Of a stretch of 64,000 bases of DNA, positions 63,408 through 64,000 are shown one piece after another. The stretch covers positions 18,848,001-18,912,000 of the forward strand of contig CM106585.1 in NCBI GenBank assembly GCA_048013815.1, written 5' to 3'. This DNA comes from Setoptus koraiensis. Taxonomy: Eukaryota > Animalia > Arthropoda. The position numbers and the translations under genes were made by a program. The notes under the pieces are model-generated. The model searched no databases and was not told where the DNA came from. It saw only the letters and a list, made by a program, of their open reading frames with translations. Each line of letters starts with the position of its first letter. Positions within the stretch are counted from its first letter, which is position 1.

Positions 63408-64000
63408 ACAATCGCCCCAACAGGATACAATCGCCGCGCGCAGTGCGCCAATGCGGCACAGGCGCCCCACAAAGCGTTTGTGTGCCGTGCCAGGGAAATG
63501 AACGCCGGCCAGACTCTGGCCGCCAGAGGTGAATTTATGCTAAATTTCCCTATGCCTATCGGGCGCCCGTCTTTGCGTATCGCTATCGAGCTACTTGGCG
63601 CTTTGCTGACTTCCGGTTTCGGATTGTCGCTCGTGTGTGGGCATGATTTCTGTGCGAAAACAAGCGCCATCGTGAGTCGTGTGGCCAGTGGCCAGTGGTT
63701 GTCACAAACTCACAACGGTCAGCTGACGACTTTTGCGACTAGTTGACTTTTGCGACCAGTTGACTTTTGTTCGACAATACAGTTGGCATTTGGCGGACGT
63801 GCCAGAAATGCACCAAAAGTGATTTGTTTTCGCGAGGACAATCGACCCTCCGTGGGCCCCACTCGTCAGCTGTCACTTGAGGCCGGGCCGAAACGTAACG
63901 AATCGAGTCCGCACCGGGCCGAAGGAAGCGGCCGCGGACAATTGATAATTGTTGGTGACCCGGTTGGCCGGTGCACCGCATAACCTTGCCGTTGTGCTCA

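Noticed and set aside
53162-63983. ORFs in the right-hand domain (e.g. 53162-53638, 61639-62178, 62356-62666)
   Set aside because: No recognisable homology; several are direct translations of tandem repeats.

Overview
Eukaryotic (arthropod) genomic DNA. The extreme compactness, mostly intronless housekeeping genes, Asn/Gln/His-rich proteins and a neverland gene suggest a mite, possibly an eriophyoid; this is inference. The window has three compartments. (1) About 1-21 kb has no recognisable CDS. It is GC-rich and GGGCCC/CpG-dense with many mini- and microsatellites up to about 14 kb, then AT-richer. (2) About 22-52.5 kb is an AT-richer, gene-dense block: a teneurin-derived gene, a classical calpain, neverland, cytosolic MDH, Nse2, Nipped-B, FAM136A, NDUFAF3, WDR5, CHMP7 and Pin1. 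(3) About 53-64 kb is a second GC-rich, GGGCCC-dense non-coding domain. The most striking observation is a drastically remodelled 'mini-teneurin' of about 1,420 aa. It has one fewer EGF repeat, appears to have lost both dimerisation cysteines, has the NHL propeller replaced in frame by a short linker, stops early in the YD shell and has no Tox-GHH/TCAP. Also notable are a ~60-bp-stem inverted repeat upstream of neverland, two unrelated GGG-N7 10-bp-period arrays, and a Pro/Tyr-rich insert in the calpain. All calls were made by eye from the sequence and ORF track; no searches were run.
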